This document shows positions 18,492 through 27,912 of a stretch of DNA of 64,000 nucleotides, in pieces. Made by a program: the position numbers and the translations under genes. Each line of letters opens with the position of its first letter. Within the stretch, counting starts at the first letter, position 1. Origin of the DNA: an uncultured Actinomycetes bacterium (GTDB lineage: Bacteria; Actinomycetota; Thermoleophilia; Gaiellales; Gaiellaceae); contig CAVWXR010000011.1 of the NCBI GenBank assembly GCA_963759085.1, positions 91,707 to 155,706 on the forward strand, written 5' to 3'. The notes beneath the pieces were generated by a model. It was given only the letters and a program-made list of their open reading frames with translations, was not told the origin of the DNA and did no database searches.

Positions 18492-18536
18492 AAAGTAAAG
18501 TTTTGAGTGTGGGTGCCATCCGTACCACTTTACTTT
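18492..18536. promoter_or_regulatory. 10-bp perfect inverted repeat AAAGTAAAGT-N25-ACTTTACTTT in the sulfite reductase/serA divergent region
   Basis: Read directly at 18492-18501 and 18527-18536. It lies in the most AT-rich stretch of the 200-bp intergenic region, 20 nt upstream of the sulfite reductase start. Confidence 0.3.
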
Positions 18537-18671
18537 GTACAGTTTTTACGCTAGTTTTCGGGTGCGGAAAGTGAATGGCGTCCGGTGGCCGAGGCGTGTC
18601 GATCAGCTCCTATTCCCTCCGGCTGGTCGGCTCGCCGAGGCCTCGGCGCCCAGCTTGCGTAACGTGATGCC

Positions 18672-20234
18672 ATGACCGAGCGCCCCAGAGTCCTCGTCCG
18701 TGAGGAGATCGCCGGGGCGGGGGTCGACCTGCTCCGCGCCAAGTTCGACGTCGACGAGGACTCGACGAGCGAGCTGGCCGGGATCATCGGCCTCTACGAC
18801 GCCATCGTCATCCGCTCGGCCACCAAGCTGACCGCGGAGCTGATCGAGGCCGGCGTGCGCCTGAAGGTGATCGGCCGCGCGGGGGTGGGGGTCGACAACG
18901 TCGACGTCGACGCGGCGACCCGGCGGGGGATCGTCGTCGCGAACGCGCCCGAGTCGAACGTCGTGTCGGCGGCCGAGCACACGATCGGCCTGCTGGTCGC
19001 GCTCGCACGCAACATCCCGCAGGCCTACGCGGCACTGAAGGACGGCCGCTGGGAGCGCTCGAAGTGGGGCGGGATCGAGCTCGAAGGGAAGACGCTCGGC
19101 CTGCTCGGCTTCGGCCGAATCGGCCAGCAGGTCGCGCGGCGTGCGCTCGGGCTCCAGATGCGCGTCGTCGCCTACGACCCGTTCGTCTCGGCAGAGCGCT
19201 TCCGCGAGCTGGGGGTCGAGGCCGACAGCTTCGACGGCGTGCTCGCGAAGTCGGACTTCATCACGCTGCACCTGCCGCTGAACGACGAGACGCGGAGGGC
19301 GATCAACGCCGACTCGATCGCGAAGATGCGGGACGGTGTGCGGCTGATCAACGCCGCGCGCGGTGAGCTGGTCGACGAGGAGGCGCTGTACGCGGCGCTC
19401 GAGTCCGGCAAGATCGCGGCCGCGGCGCTCGACGTCTTCGGCAAGGAGCCGTACTCCGGCCCGCTGCTCGGGCTGGCGAACGTCGTCGCCACGCCGCACC
19501 TCGCGGCCTCAACCGACGAGGCGCAGGACCGGGCCGGCGTGATCGTCGCCGAGCAGGTCGTCGCGGCGCTCGACGGCGGGCTCGTCACGAACGCCGTCAA
19601 CATCCCGTCCGTGGGCGCCGAGGATCTGGAAGCGCTGCTCCCGTTCGTGCCGCTCGCGGCGAAGCTCGGACGCCTCGCGCTCGACCTCGCCCGCGGCGAG
19701 ACGAGCCAGATCGCGCTCGAGTACTACGGCGAGCTCGCGAACTACGACACCCGCCTGCTGACCGTCGCGGCGCTGAACGGCGCCTTCCAGGGCCGCTCCG
19801 ACCAGCCGGTGAACTACGTGAACGCACCGCTCGTCGCCGCCGACCTCGGGATCGAGGTTGTCGAGGAGAAGCGCCGCAGCTCCCGCGACTTCACGAACCT
19901 GATCGCGGTCACCGCCGGCTCGGCCCGCGTCGCGGGGACGACGATCGGCACGGAGAACCGCCACTGGCTCGTCTCGGCGCTCGGCTTCGAGATCGAGATC
20001 GAGCTTGCGCCGCAGATGGTCTTCCTCGTCTACGACGACGTGCCGGGCGTTGTCGGCCGTGTCGGCACGTTGCTCGGCGAGGCAGGCGTCAACATCGCGA
20101 ACATGGCCGTCTCGCGCAGCCGCGAGGCGGGGAAGGCGCTGATGGCGCTCTCGCTCGACACGGCTCCCGGGCCGGAGGTCGTGGAGCTCCTTCGCCTCGG
20201 CACCGACGAGGCGTTCGTCGTCGGCGGCCGCTGA
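18672..20234 (+). CDS. serA: D-3-phosphoglycerate dehydrogenase (long form with ACT domain)
   Basis: [30 protein letters not shown]; 520 aa. Confidence 0.95.
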   Translation: MTERPRVLVREEIAGAGVDLLRAKFDVDEDSTSELAGIIGLYDAIVIRSATKLTAELIEAGVRLKVIGRAGVGVDNVDVDAATRRGIVVANAPESNVVSAAEHTIGLLVALARNIPQAYAALKDGRWERSKWGGIELEGKTLGLLGFGRIGQQVARRALGLQMRVVAYDPFVSAERFRELGVEADSFDGVLAKSDFITLHLPLNDETRRAINADSIAKMRDGVRLINAARGELVDEEALYAALESGKIAAAALDVFGKEPYSGPLLGLANVVATPHLAASTDEAQDRAGVIVAEQVVAALDGGLVTNAVNIPSVGAEDLEALLPFVPLAAKLGRLALDLARGETSQIALEYYGELANYDTRLLTVAALNGAFQGRSDQPVNYVNAPLVAADLGIEVVEEKRRSSRDFTNLIAVTAGSARVAGTTIGTENRHWLVSALGFEIEIELAPQMVFLVYDDVPGVVGRVGTLLGEAGVNIANMAVSRSREAGKALMALSLDTAPGPEVVELLRLGTDEAFVVGGR

Positions 20235-20295
20235 GCCACTTGTAAAGATTGTCGCGGAGGGCGGCCGAAGGCGCGGTCGCGGGCATATAAGGACG

Positions 20296-22308
20296 GTGAT
20301 GGTTTCTCGGCGACGCGCCGTGCTCGCACTCGGCCTGGCGGTTCTTGCAGCTGCCGCGGTCGGAGGGGCCGCGCGCGCTGGTACGGACGCGAAGGCCGCA
20401 CGGCTGGTCACCTTCCGTTCATGCCCTGCCCTGCTCACCTATGCGAAGGCGCACGCGACGCCATACGTCGGCTCCTACGGCTTCGGCCGGCCGGTTGCGA
20501 CGGGCGTGGTGGGGAAGGTCTCGCCGACGACGTCGTCCGTCCCGTATGCGGTGCCGTCAATTGCCACCTCCGCGGCCGCGACCGACGCGACAACACCCGT
20601 GGAGGGCGTGGACTATTCCGGCACGAACGTCCAGGAGGTCGGCGTCGACGAGCCCGACACCGTCAAGACCGACGGCAAGACGCTCTTCGCCGTTTCCGGC
20701 AACCAGCTGAACGCGGTAGACGTGAGCGGTGCCCAGCCGAAGCTCCGCGACACGCTCACCCTGGACAACGGCTGGAGCCACGAGCTCCTGCTCTCGGGGA
20801 CGCACCTGCTCGTCCTCTCGCGCGGCGGCTACTGGGTCGATCCGCTGCCGGCGCTCTCGGCGCAGATGCTGCCGATCATCCCGTCCGACTCGGTAATCAC
20901 CGAGGTCGACGTCTCCGACCCGTCCGCGCTGAAGGTCGTCCAGACGCTCACACTGGACGGGGCCTACGTCGACGCGCGGATGATCGGCAGCACCGTCCGG
21001 ATCGTCTCCTCCTCGCAGATGCCGCTCACGCTGCCGTTCGCGACGCCGGCGAACGCGACCGCAGCGGGGCTCGCCGCCGCGAAGAAGACGAACCGCGCGG
21101 TCGTCGCCTCGTCGAAGGTCTCGGCCTGGCTCCCGCAATACCGGCTCGGCTCGAAGCCGGCACGCTCCCTTGTCCAGTGCCGCAGCATCCGCAGGCCGGT
21201 CCAGTTCTCCGGGCTCGGGATGCTGACCGTGCTGACGATCGACCTCTCGCAGGGCCTCGCGCCGGTCAACTCGGTCGCCGTCATGACCGACGGCCGGATC
21301 GTCTACGCCTCGCCGACGAGCCTCTACGTGACGACCGAGAGCTGGGGCGACCGCCCGAGCCCCGCGACGCCGACGATCGCGCCCGCGAACGTCACGACCA
21401 CGATCCACAAGTTCGACATCTCCGACCCCACGAAGACGGTGTACCTGGGGAGCGGCACCGTGCCGGGCTACCTGCTCGACCAGTGGTCGCTGTCGGAGTT
21501 CCAGGGCGTGCTCCGCGTCGTCAGCACGGACTCTCCGGCGTGGTGGACGAGCGCCGACAACAGCAGCCAGTCGTATGTCACCACGCTGCGGCAGGGTGAC
21601 GGCGGGCTCGTCCAGGTCGGACAGGTCGGCGGTCTCGGCCAGGGCGAGCGGGTCTACGCGGTGCGCTTCGTCGGGAACGTGGGCTACGTCGTCACCTTCA
21701 GGCAGGTCGACCCGCTCTATACGCTCGACCTCTCCGACCCGGCGAACCCGCGCGTGCTCGGCCAGGTGACGATCCCCGGCTACTCGGCGTACCTGCACCC
21801 GATCGGCGCGGACCTCCTGCTCGGGATCGGCCAGGACGTCAACGACCAGACGAACGAGCCGTCCGGCACCCAGGTCTCGCTCTTCGACGTCTCCGACCTT
21901 GCGCACCCGGCGCTCCTCTTCCACTACTCGCTCGGCTTGGGCTGGTCCGAGGCGGAGTCCGACCACCATGCGTTCCTCTACTGGCCGCCGACCGGCCTCG
22001 CCGTCGTCCCGTTCGGTCAGCAGGCGGTGGGCATGCACGTCTCCCGCAGCACCGGCATCACGGAGCTCGGCCGGATCGTCCAGACGCTCGCGAACCAGGC
22101 GACGCTCCCGGAGATCCACCGCTCGGTCGTCGTCGGCAGCAACCTGCTCACGATCTCGGACTCCGGTGTTGAGGCGAGCAACCTCTCGACGCTGGCAACT
22201 GTCGGCTGGGCCGGGTTCCCGGTTGTGACGACGACCCCGGGCCCGGTGCCGCTGCCGCAGCCGCTGATCTCGAAGGTGGGCGCCTCGGGAAGCGCCACCG
22301 GCGGCTAA
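20296..22308 (+). CDS. secreted beta-propeller domain protein (COG4880/Beta_propel-like)
   Basis: Signal-like N-terminus, YSGTNVQEVGVDEPDTVKTDGKTLF, YAVRFVGNVGYVVTFRQVDPLYTLDLSDP; 670 aa. Confidence 0.8.
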   Translation: MMVSRRRAVLALGLAVLAAAAVGGAARAGTDAKAARLVTFRSCPALLTYAKAHATPYVGSYGFGRPVATGVVGKVSPTTSSVPYAVPSIATSAAATDATTPVEGVDYSGTNVQEVGVDEPDTVKTDGKTLFAVSGNQLNAVDVSGAQPKLRDTLTLDNGWSHELLLSGTHLLVLSRGGYWVDPLPALSAQMLPIIPSDSVITEVDVSDPSALKVVQTLTLDGAYVDARMIGSTVRIVSSSQMPLTLPFATPANATAAGLAAAKKTNRAVVASSKVSAWLPQYRLGSKPARSLVQCRSIRRPVQFSGLGMLTVLTIDLSQGLAPVNSVAVMTDGRIVYASPTSLYVTTESWGDRPSPATPTIAPANVTTTIHKFDISDPTKTVYLGSGTVPGYLLDQWSLSEFQGVLRVVSTDSPAWWTSADNSSQSYVTTLRQGDGGLVQVGQVGGLGQGERVYAVRFVGNVGYVVTFRQVDPLYTLDLSDPANPRVLGQVTIPGYSAYLHPIGADLLLGIGQDVNDQTNEPSGTQVSLFDVSDLAHPALLFHYSLGLGWSEAESDHHAFLYWPPTGLAVVPFGQQAVGMHVSRSTGITELGRIVQTLANQATLPEIHRSVVVGSNLLTISDSGVEASNLSTLATVGWAGFPVVTTTPGPVPLPQPLISKVGASGSATGG

Positions 22309-22392
22309 CGATGACGGTTCCGGTTTGACGTAGCGCCGGGCTTGTGACTATCTTTGTGCCGCTTGGCCGACGAGGGCCTGGCGAAGGCAATG

Positions 22393-22431
22393 AGGCCTGC
22401 GGACTCTGAGAGTCCCGGCCTCTTTCTTTTT
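22393..22431 (+). terminator. putative intrinsic terminator after the beta-propeller gene
   Basis: AGGCCTGCGGACTC-TGA-GAGTCCCGGCCT interrupted stem, followed by CTTTCTTTTT. Confidence 0.5.
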
Positions 22432-22499
22432 GGTCCCACAACTAGGTCGAGCGTCGGCCGCATCGTTTGTGGGCGGTCGACCGTTGAAAGGAGATTCGT

Positions 22500-23938
22500 T
22501 TGATCGGTGCGACCGTTCTCCCGTACCCCACCTGGCTGAACCCGGGCGACAACTCATGGCAGCTGACGGCGGCGACCCTCGTCGGCCTGATGAGCGTCCC
22601 GGGCCTGGTCGTCCTCTACGGCGGGGTGATGCAGAAGCGCTGGTCGGTCAACAGCATGATGCTGGCGTTCTCGGCCTTTGCCGCCGTTCTGATCGTCTGG
22701 GTGCTCTACGCCTTCGACTTGGGCTTCGGCCACCCGTGGCACGGCCTCTCGACGGAACCGGCGGAGACATCCACAGGTTCCTCGGCAACTTCATCGGCAA
22801 GCCGGGCGAGCGTGCTGAACAGCGTCGAGGAGCAGGGCCAGGCGACGATCCCGCCGGTTACGGTGGGCCCGACTGGCACTTCCCGCAGTCGACGCTCGTC
22901 TACTTCCAGTTCGTCTTCGCAGCCATCACGCCGCTCCTGATGCTCGGCTCGGTGCTCGGCCGGATCAACTTCAAGGCCTGGCTCGTGTTCGTGCCGCTCT
23001 GGATCACGTTCTGTTACACGGTCAACGCCTTCCTGATCTGGGGCGGCGGGTACTGGGCGCAGAAGGGCGCGATCGACTTCTCGGGCGGGTACGTGATCCA
23101 TCTCTCGGCGGGCGTCGCCGGCTTCGTCGCCGCCGCCGTGATCGGGCCACGTCTGCTCGCGACCGCGAGATCGACGCTCCGAACAACCTGCTGATGGTTG
23201 CCGTCGGCGCCGGCTTCCTGTGGCTCGGCTGGAACGGCTTCAACGGTGGTGACCCGTACTACGCGGGCGCCGACTCCGCGGCTGCCGTTCTGAACACGAA
23301 CCTCGCCACGGCCGTCGCGTTCCTCGTCTGGGTCGCCTGGGACTACATGACGAAGCGCAAGCCGTCACTGCTCGGCAGCGTCAACGGCATGATCGTCGGC
23401 CTCGTCGCGATCACGCCCGCAGCCGGGTTCGTGAACGGCTACGGGCGCGATCTTCATCGGGATCATCGCCTCGACGATCGTCTACTTCGCCTACCACTAC
23501 CTGAGCCGTGTGCGCCCGTTCCGGCTCGTCGACGACACGCTGGGCGTCGTCTACACGCACGGCTTCGCCGGCCTCGCCGGCGGGCTCCTCGTCGGCATCT
23601 TCGCCGACTCGAAGATGGCCGTCTACATCAACCCGGACGGCTCGCCCTGGTTCTCCGGAACCGGCAGCGCGCATCTCCTCAAGATGCAGCTGTACACGGG
23701 CCTCTGGGTGATCTGCTTCACCGCGATCATGACGTTCATCCTGCTGAAGCTCGTCGGGCTCGTGATCCCGCTGCGGATGAGCGAGGCCGACATGGAAGAG
23801 GGCGATCTCGCCGTCCACGGGCACGAGGTGTATCCGTCGGACGTCCCGTCGCTCGGTTACGCAGGAGGCGTGCCTGTGGCCGCCGTCTGGACACCCGCTC
23901 CGGCAGGAGGAGGTGCTCCCGCCGGCTCTCCTGAATAG
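22500..23938 (+). pseudogene. amt: ammonium transporter with at least five frame breaks
   Basis: The Amt sequence is recovered only by switching frames. In order: ...[13 protein letters not shown]; [16 protein letters not shown]; [22 protein letters not shown]; [21 protein letters not shown]...[18 protein letters not shown]...GPRLL; [30 protein letters not shown]...ITPAAGFVNGYG; AIFIGIIASTIVYFAYHYLSRVRPFRLVDDTLGVVYTHGFAGLAGG... The breaks are near 22750, 22808, 22870, 23158 and 23454. Confidence 0.85.
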
Positions 23939-24060
23939 CGCGCGTGGTGCAAGGTCGGGCTGGGGTCCCGTGGAGAACGGGGACCCCAGCCGCCCTTGCC
24001 TGGCTGCGGCCGCCCCGGCCGCGGGCAGGTGCGACTATTCGGAGATGTGAGAGGAGACCC

Positions 24061-24735
24061 ATGACCAAGATCATCGTTTCCTACGACGGCACCGACAACG
24101 ACGACGACGCGCTGGCATTTGCCCGCGTCCTCGGAGCCGCCGGTGCGTCGCTCGGGCTCGCATATGTCCGTCACGTGAAGGAGCCGGAGAGCGACCGCGA
24201 AGCTGCGGCGCAGAAGGAAGCCGAGTCGTTGCTTCGGCACGGCGCCGTCTGGCTCGAGCGGCCTGAGATCCCGCAGCACGTGATCATCAATGCGTCGACC
24301 CCGGATGGCCTTGCAGAGCTCGCTGCGATCGAACACGCCGATGCGATCGTCTTCGGCTCCGAGTATCGAACGGCACCGAACCACGTGCAGCCGCAGGCAT
24401 CGGCTCAGCGCATGCTCGATGGTGGCCCGTTCGCGATCGGGATCGCTCCGGCAAGCCTTCGCCTGCGCGACTACTCGGTCAGTGCAATCGCAGCGATCAA
24501 CGAGGCCGGTGACACGAGCCCGGTCGAGACCGCGGAGATCCTCGCGGGCAAGCTCGGAGCTTCGATCGTCCCGCGGGCAAGCGCCGGTGCGGACCTGCTC
24601 GTCCTCGGCTCGACGCCCGGGACGTCGGCGGGCCGGGTGGCGATCAGCGCCAGCACCGCGTATGTGATCGAAACGAGCAACTGCGCCGTGCTGGTCGTCC
24701 CGCGCGGAACCGTGCTCGGCTTCGGCGGAGAGTGA
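24061..24735 (+). CDS. universal stress protein family protein
   Basis: ATG 24061 follows GAGGAG. MTKIIVSYDGTDNDDDALAFA... with a second Usp-like half ending AVLVVPRG. Confidence 0.75.
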   Translation: MTKIIVSYDGTDNDDDALAFARVLGAAGASLGLAYVRHVKEPESDREAAAQKEAESLLRHGAVWLERPEIPQHVIINASTPDGLAELAAIEHADAIVFGSEYRTAPNHVQPQASAQRMLDGGPFAIGIAPASLRLRDYSVSAIAAINEAGDTSPVETAEILAGKLGASIVPRASAGADLLVLGSTPGTSAGRVAISASTAYVIETSNCAVLVVPRGTVLGFGGE

Positions 24736-25337
24736 TGGAGACCGTGGACAGAGGGGCGGCTGCCCGGCCGCCCCTCGTCCTCGTTGCCGAGGACGCCACG
24801 ATCGTCCGGCTCGACCTCGCGCGCCTGCTCGAGCAGTCAGGCTACGAGGTGATCCAGGCGCGAGACGGCGAAGAGGCGGTTGCGCTCGCCGACGAGCACA
24901 AGCCCGACCTCGCGATCCTCGACGTGAAGATGCCGAACCTGGACGGGATCGAGGCCGCACGGCGGATCCTGCGGGGACAGCTGCTTCCGATCGTGATGCT
25001 GACCGCCTATGCCGACGAGGACTCGGTCGCGCGGGCGATCGACGCGGGTGTGTTCGCGTATCTGACGAAGCCGTTCCGCGAACAGGATCTCCTGCCGGCG
25101 ATCAAGATGGCGCAGGCTCGGTACCAGGAGTTCCTGAACGTGCTGGACGACTACGACTCGCTTTCGGAGGCGCTGGCCGCGCAGAAGACGATCGAGAAGG
25201 CGAAGGGCCTGCTGATGGCCAAGGAAGGGCTGTCGGAAGGGGAGGCATTCACCCGGTTGCGTACGGCGAGCAAGCTGTCCGGGCAGTCGCTCGAGGTGAT
25301 TGCCGGGGCCGTTGTGGCGGCGTTTGCTACTGCGTAG
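24735..25337 (+). CDS. ANTAR-domain response regulator (receiver + RNA-binding antiterminator domain)
   Basis: Receiver domain (LVLVAEDATIV, DLAILDVKMPNLDG) plus ANTAR (QKTIEKAKGLLMAKEGLSEGEAFTRLRTASKLSGQSLEVIA). The start overlaps the usp stop (GTGATG). Confidence 0.9.
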   Translation: METVDRGAAARPPLVLVAEDATIVRLDLARLLEQSGYEVIQARDGEEAVALADEHKPDLAILDVKMPNLDGIEAARRILRGQLLPIVMLTAYADEDSVARAIDAGVFAYLTKPFREQDLLPAIKMAQARYQEFLNVLDDYDSLSEALAAQKTIEKAKGLLMAKEGLSEGEAFTRLRTASKLSGQSLEVIAGAVVAAFATA

Positions 25338-25396
25338 TTGCGGGCGGTTCGGTTTGCTCGAAAACTGGCCCATGTGTACCCATGGGCTGCCCGTTC

Positions 25397-25669
25397 TCAG
25401 ATGCCGCCTGCGACCGCAGGCAAGAGGATCACGGCCGTCGCGTCGGTGACCGCCGTGTCGAGCCCTTCGAAGAGGCGCACGTCGGATCCGTCGACGAACA
25501 CGTTCAGGAACTGCGGCAGCTCCCCGCCGTCGAAGATGCGGCTCCCGAGTGCTGGGTACGTCGAGACGAGGTTCTCCAGCACTTCGCGGACTGTCGAGCC
25601 GGCCGCCTCGACCTGACGGTTGTTACCGGCGTCGGGGCGAAGGATCGGTGGAATACGGATAGTCGCCAT
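25397..25669 (-). CDS. MoaD/ThiS-family ubiquitin-like sulfur-carrier protein
   Basis: 90 aa, MATIRIPPILR...FVDGSDVR...ILLPAVAGGI. The diglycine is followed by one extra residue. Confidence 0.7.
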   Translation of the reverse strand: MATIRIPPILRPDAGNNRQVEAAGSTVREVLENLVSTYPALGSRIFDGGELPQFLNVFVDGSDVRLFEGLDTAVTDATAVILLPAVAGGI

Positions 25670-25689
25670 CGGGATGAAGCTAGCAGGAG

Positions 25690-26958
25690 CTACGCCGGTT
25701 CCGGCCGTAGGTCCTCCATGCGGTCGATCTTGGCGAGCGACGGGAAGAACCTCGACCAGACCACCGCGAGCGCGATCGTCACTGCGCCTCCCGCGACGAC
25801 GGCCGGCACCGTCCCGAGCAGTGCGGCCGCGAGGCCCGACTCGAAGGCGCCGAGCTCGTTGGAGGCGCTGATGAAGACCATCTCGACCGCGGTCACTCTT
25901 CCCCGAAGCGCGTTCGGCGTGGCTGTCGCGACGGTGATCGCGCGGATGTTCATGCTGATCATGTCGACGAAACCGCTCACGGCGAGCGCGACGACTGAAA
26001 GCGTGAAGTTGTGTGAGAGGCCGAAGACGACGATGCTGACGCCGAAGGCGCCGACGACGAGCAGGAGCGTCCTTCCGGCCTTCCGCTTCAGGGGCCGCCG
26101 CGCGACCCAGATGCCGCCGACGAGTGCTCCGATCGCGGGTCCGCTGCGCAGGATTCCGAGTCCGAGCGGGCCGGTGTGCAGGATCGAGCGCGCGAACACC
26201 GGCAACAGCGCGACCGCACCCCCGAACAGCACGGCGAAGAGGTCGAGCAGGATCGCCCCGGCGAGCATCGGGGTAGCGCGGATGAAGCGGACGCCGGCGA
26301 AGAGGCTGTCGACGCCGGCAACAGGATTCGACACGATTCGCTCGACGTCCGGCTCGCGCATTGCAAGGACCCCGATCAGCGCAGCGACGAAGAAGACGGC
26401 GGCGACGATGTAGACGACCTCCGGCCGGATCGCGAAGAGGAAACCGCCGAGCGCAGGGCCGGCCACCATCCCGACCTGGAAGGCGATCGAGCGCCACGCC
26501 ATCGCGGTCGCCAGGATCTCGACGGGGACGAGCGTCGGTGGGAGAGCCCGCCCGGCAGGGTTCCCGATCGCGGCGCCGACTCCGGCCAGAGCGGCCAGCG
26601 TCAGGAACGGCCAGAGCTGCTTGGCGCCCGCGAGCGTGACCAGGAGCAAGAGCAGCACGACCAAGATGTCGACGACCACGGAGGCTGCGACAACGAGCCG
26701 CCGCGAGAACCGGTCGGCGAGCTGGCCTGCCGGGAGGGCGAGGAGCAGTAGTGGCAGGAATTCCGCGAGCCCGATCAGCCCGAGGTCGAGCGGCGAGCGG
26801 TGGATCGCGTAGACCTGCCAGCCGACGGCGACGACAACCATCTGGCCGCCGAGGCCCGTGGTGAGCAGAGCAACCCAGAGGAGCGCGTAATCCCTGTGCC
26901 GGAGCGCTTCCGGAAGACGGTGCCGGAGCCGGTTGTAGCTCTTCGCGGCAGGCGTCAA
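25690..26958 (-). CDS. MFS transporter
   Basis: TTG 26958. Multi-TM profile with LPAGQLADRFSRR (MFS motif A). Lies 23 nt downstream of padR on the same strand. Confidence 0.85.
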   Translation of the reverse strand: MTPAAKSYNRLRHRLPEALRHRDYALLWVALLTTGLGGQMVVVAVGWQVYAIHRSPLDLGLIGLAEFLPLLLLALPAGQLADRFSRRLVVAASVVVDILVVLLLLLVTLAGAKQLWPFLTLAALAGVGAAIGNPAGRALPPTLVPVEILATAMAWRSIAFQVGMVAGPALGGFLFAIRPEVVYIVAAVFFVAALIGVLAMREPDVERIVSNPVAGVDSLFAGVRFIRATPMLAGAILLDLFAVLFGGAVALLPVFARSILHTGPLGLGILRSGPAIGALVGGIWVARRPLKRKAGRTLLLVVGAFGVSIVVFGLSHNFTLSVVALAVSGFVDMISMNIRAITVATATPNALRGRVTAVEMVFISASNELGAFESGLAAALLGTVPAVVAGGAVTIALAVVWSRFFPSLAKIDRMEDLRPEPA

Positions 26959-26981
26959 GCGGTCAGTATGCCGCTGCGGGG

Positions 26982-27530
26982 TTACTCGCTGGCGAGGATG
27001 CCATAGAGCGCGCGGCGTGTCTCGGCGAGCAGCTTTGCTGCGGCCGCGATGTGTGCCTCGTTCCCGGAACGTGCCACCTGGCGGGTGGCATCGGCGATCT
27101 GTCGCAGCTGGCTCCGGATCTCGATCATCTCTTCCGTCGCGCCGGCGTTGACAGCTTCCCACGGGATGCCGAGCTGTTCTTTGTGCTCGGCGATGTGCGT
27201 GCGGCCGGCGTCGGTGAGATCGAAGACGTTGCCGCCGCCGCGGGCTTCGCTCGTGACGAGCCCTTCGTCGGCGAGGAGCTGGAGCGCGGGGTAGACCGAG
27301 CCCGGGCTCGGGCGCCACGTGCCGCCGCTGCGCTCTTCGATCTCTTGCATGATCTGGTACCCGTTGCGGGGCTCTTCGGCGAGCAGTAGGAGGATTGCGG
27401 CACGAACGTCGCCCCGTGGCCGCCGCGGGCCGACGCGGCGGAACATGAAGTCGCCGGGGGGGCCGCCGAACGGAGGCTCTTCTCCGGAGGGGCCTCGGGA
27501 GAAGAGAACGCGTGTCCCGCCTCGATGCAT
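26982..27530 (-). CDS. PadR family transcriptional regulator
   Basis: RGDVRAAILLLLAEEPRNGYQIMQEIEERSGGTWRPSPGSVYPALQLLADEGLV. I prefer ATG 27530 because the codons upstream of it are AT-rich and look like a promoter. Confidence 0.85.
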   Translation of the reverse strand: MHRGGTRVLFSRGPSGEEPPFGGPPGDFMFRRVGPRRPRGDVRAAILLLLAEEPRNGYQIMQEIEERSGGTWRPSPGSVYPALQLLADEGLVTSEARGGGNVFDLTDAGRTHIAEHKEQLGIPWEAVNAGATEEMIEIRSQLRQIADATRQVARSGNEAHIAAAAKLLAETRRALYGILASE

Positions 27531-27566
27531 AAATCGATGTATACCCGATATATCGCTGAGTGTCAA
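27531..27566 (-). promoter_or_regulatory. putative padR promoter (TTGACA-17 nt-TATACA) with embedded CGATATATCG palindrome; near-leaderless
   Basis: The minus strand reads TTGACA (27566-27561), a 17-nt spacer containing CGATATATCG, TATACA (27543-27538), then ATG at 27530. Confidence 0.45.
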
Positions 27567-27612
27567 CTCTACGGATTGGTGCGCTCCGCAGCGCTGAGCT
27601 CAGTTCAATCCC

Positions 27613-27650
27613 CGCGCGCGTTTCGCGCGCGTCTGACACCGGACGTGGCC
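27613..27650. repeat. repeat-family copy: CGCGCGCG-TTT-CGCGCGCG hairpin + GTCTGACACCGGACGTGGCC
   Basis: 27631-27650 matches 27865-27885 at 20/21 positions with one extra C. 27625-27638 is identical to 10487-10500. Confidence 0.85.
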
Positions 27651-27860
27651 ACTTCGGCCAGGGAACCGGGCACGATCGGCTGACGGACGCGATCAGCTGC
27701 GCTGATCTTGACGAGCATCCGTCCCATCCCCGCGGCGAAGCCAAACAGCAACCCGATGGCGCTCAACTCTCGACGATCGAGGCAGCGACGAGTCTACTGC
27801 CGAACCCGTCGTCTCGGCGAGTTGTTCAACATCTGGCACAGATTTGTCACGCTTTCGTTG

Positions 27861-27885
27861 CGGTGTCTGACACCCGGACGTGGCC
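27861..27885. repeat. repeat-family copy: CGGTGTCTGACACCCGGACGTGGCC
   Basis: Direct repeat of 27631-27650, 234 bp downstream. The first 14 nt are identical to the centre of the pheT palindrome (read on the minus strand). Confidence 0.85.
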
Positions 27886-27912
27886 GCGACGGACGCCGCG
27901 TATCCTTCTGAC

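Noticed and set aside
27567-27912. T-box or other riboswitch leader upstream of thrS.
   Set aside because: I find no T-box consensus (…GGTGGTACCGCG-like), specifier-loop features or terminator/antiterminator pair by eye. The region is instead dominated by the repeat-family copies.
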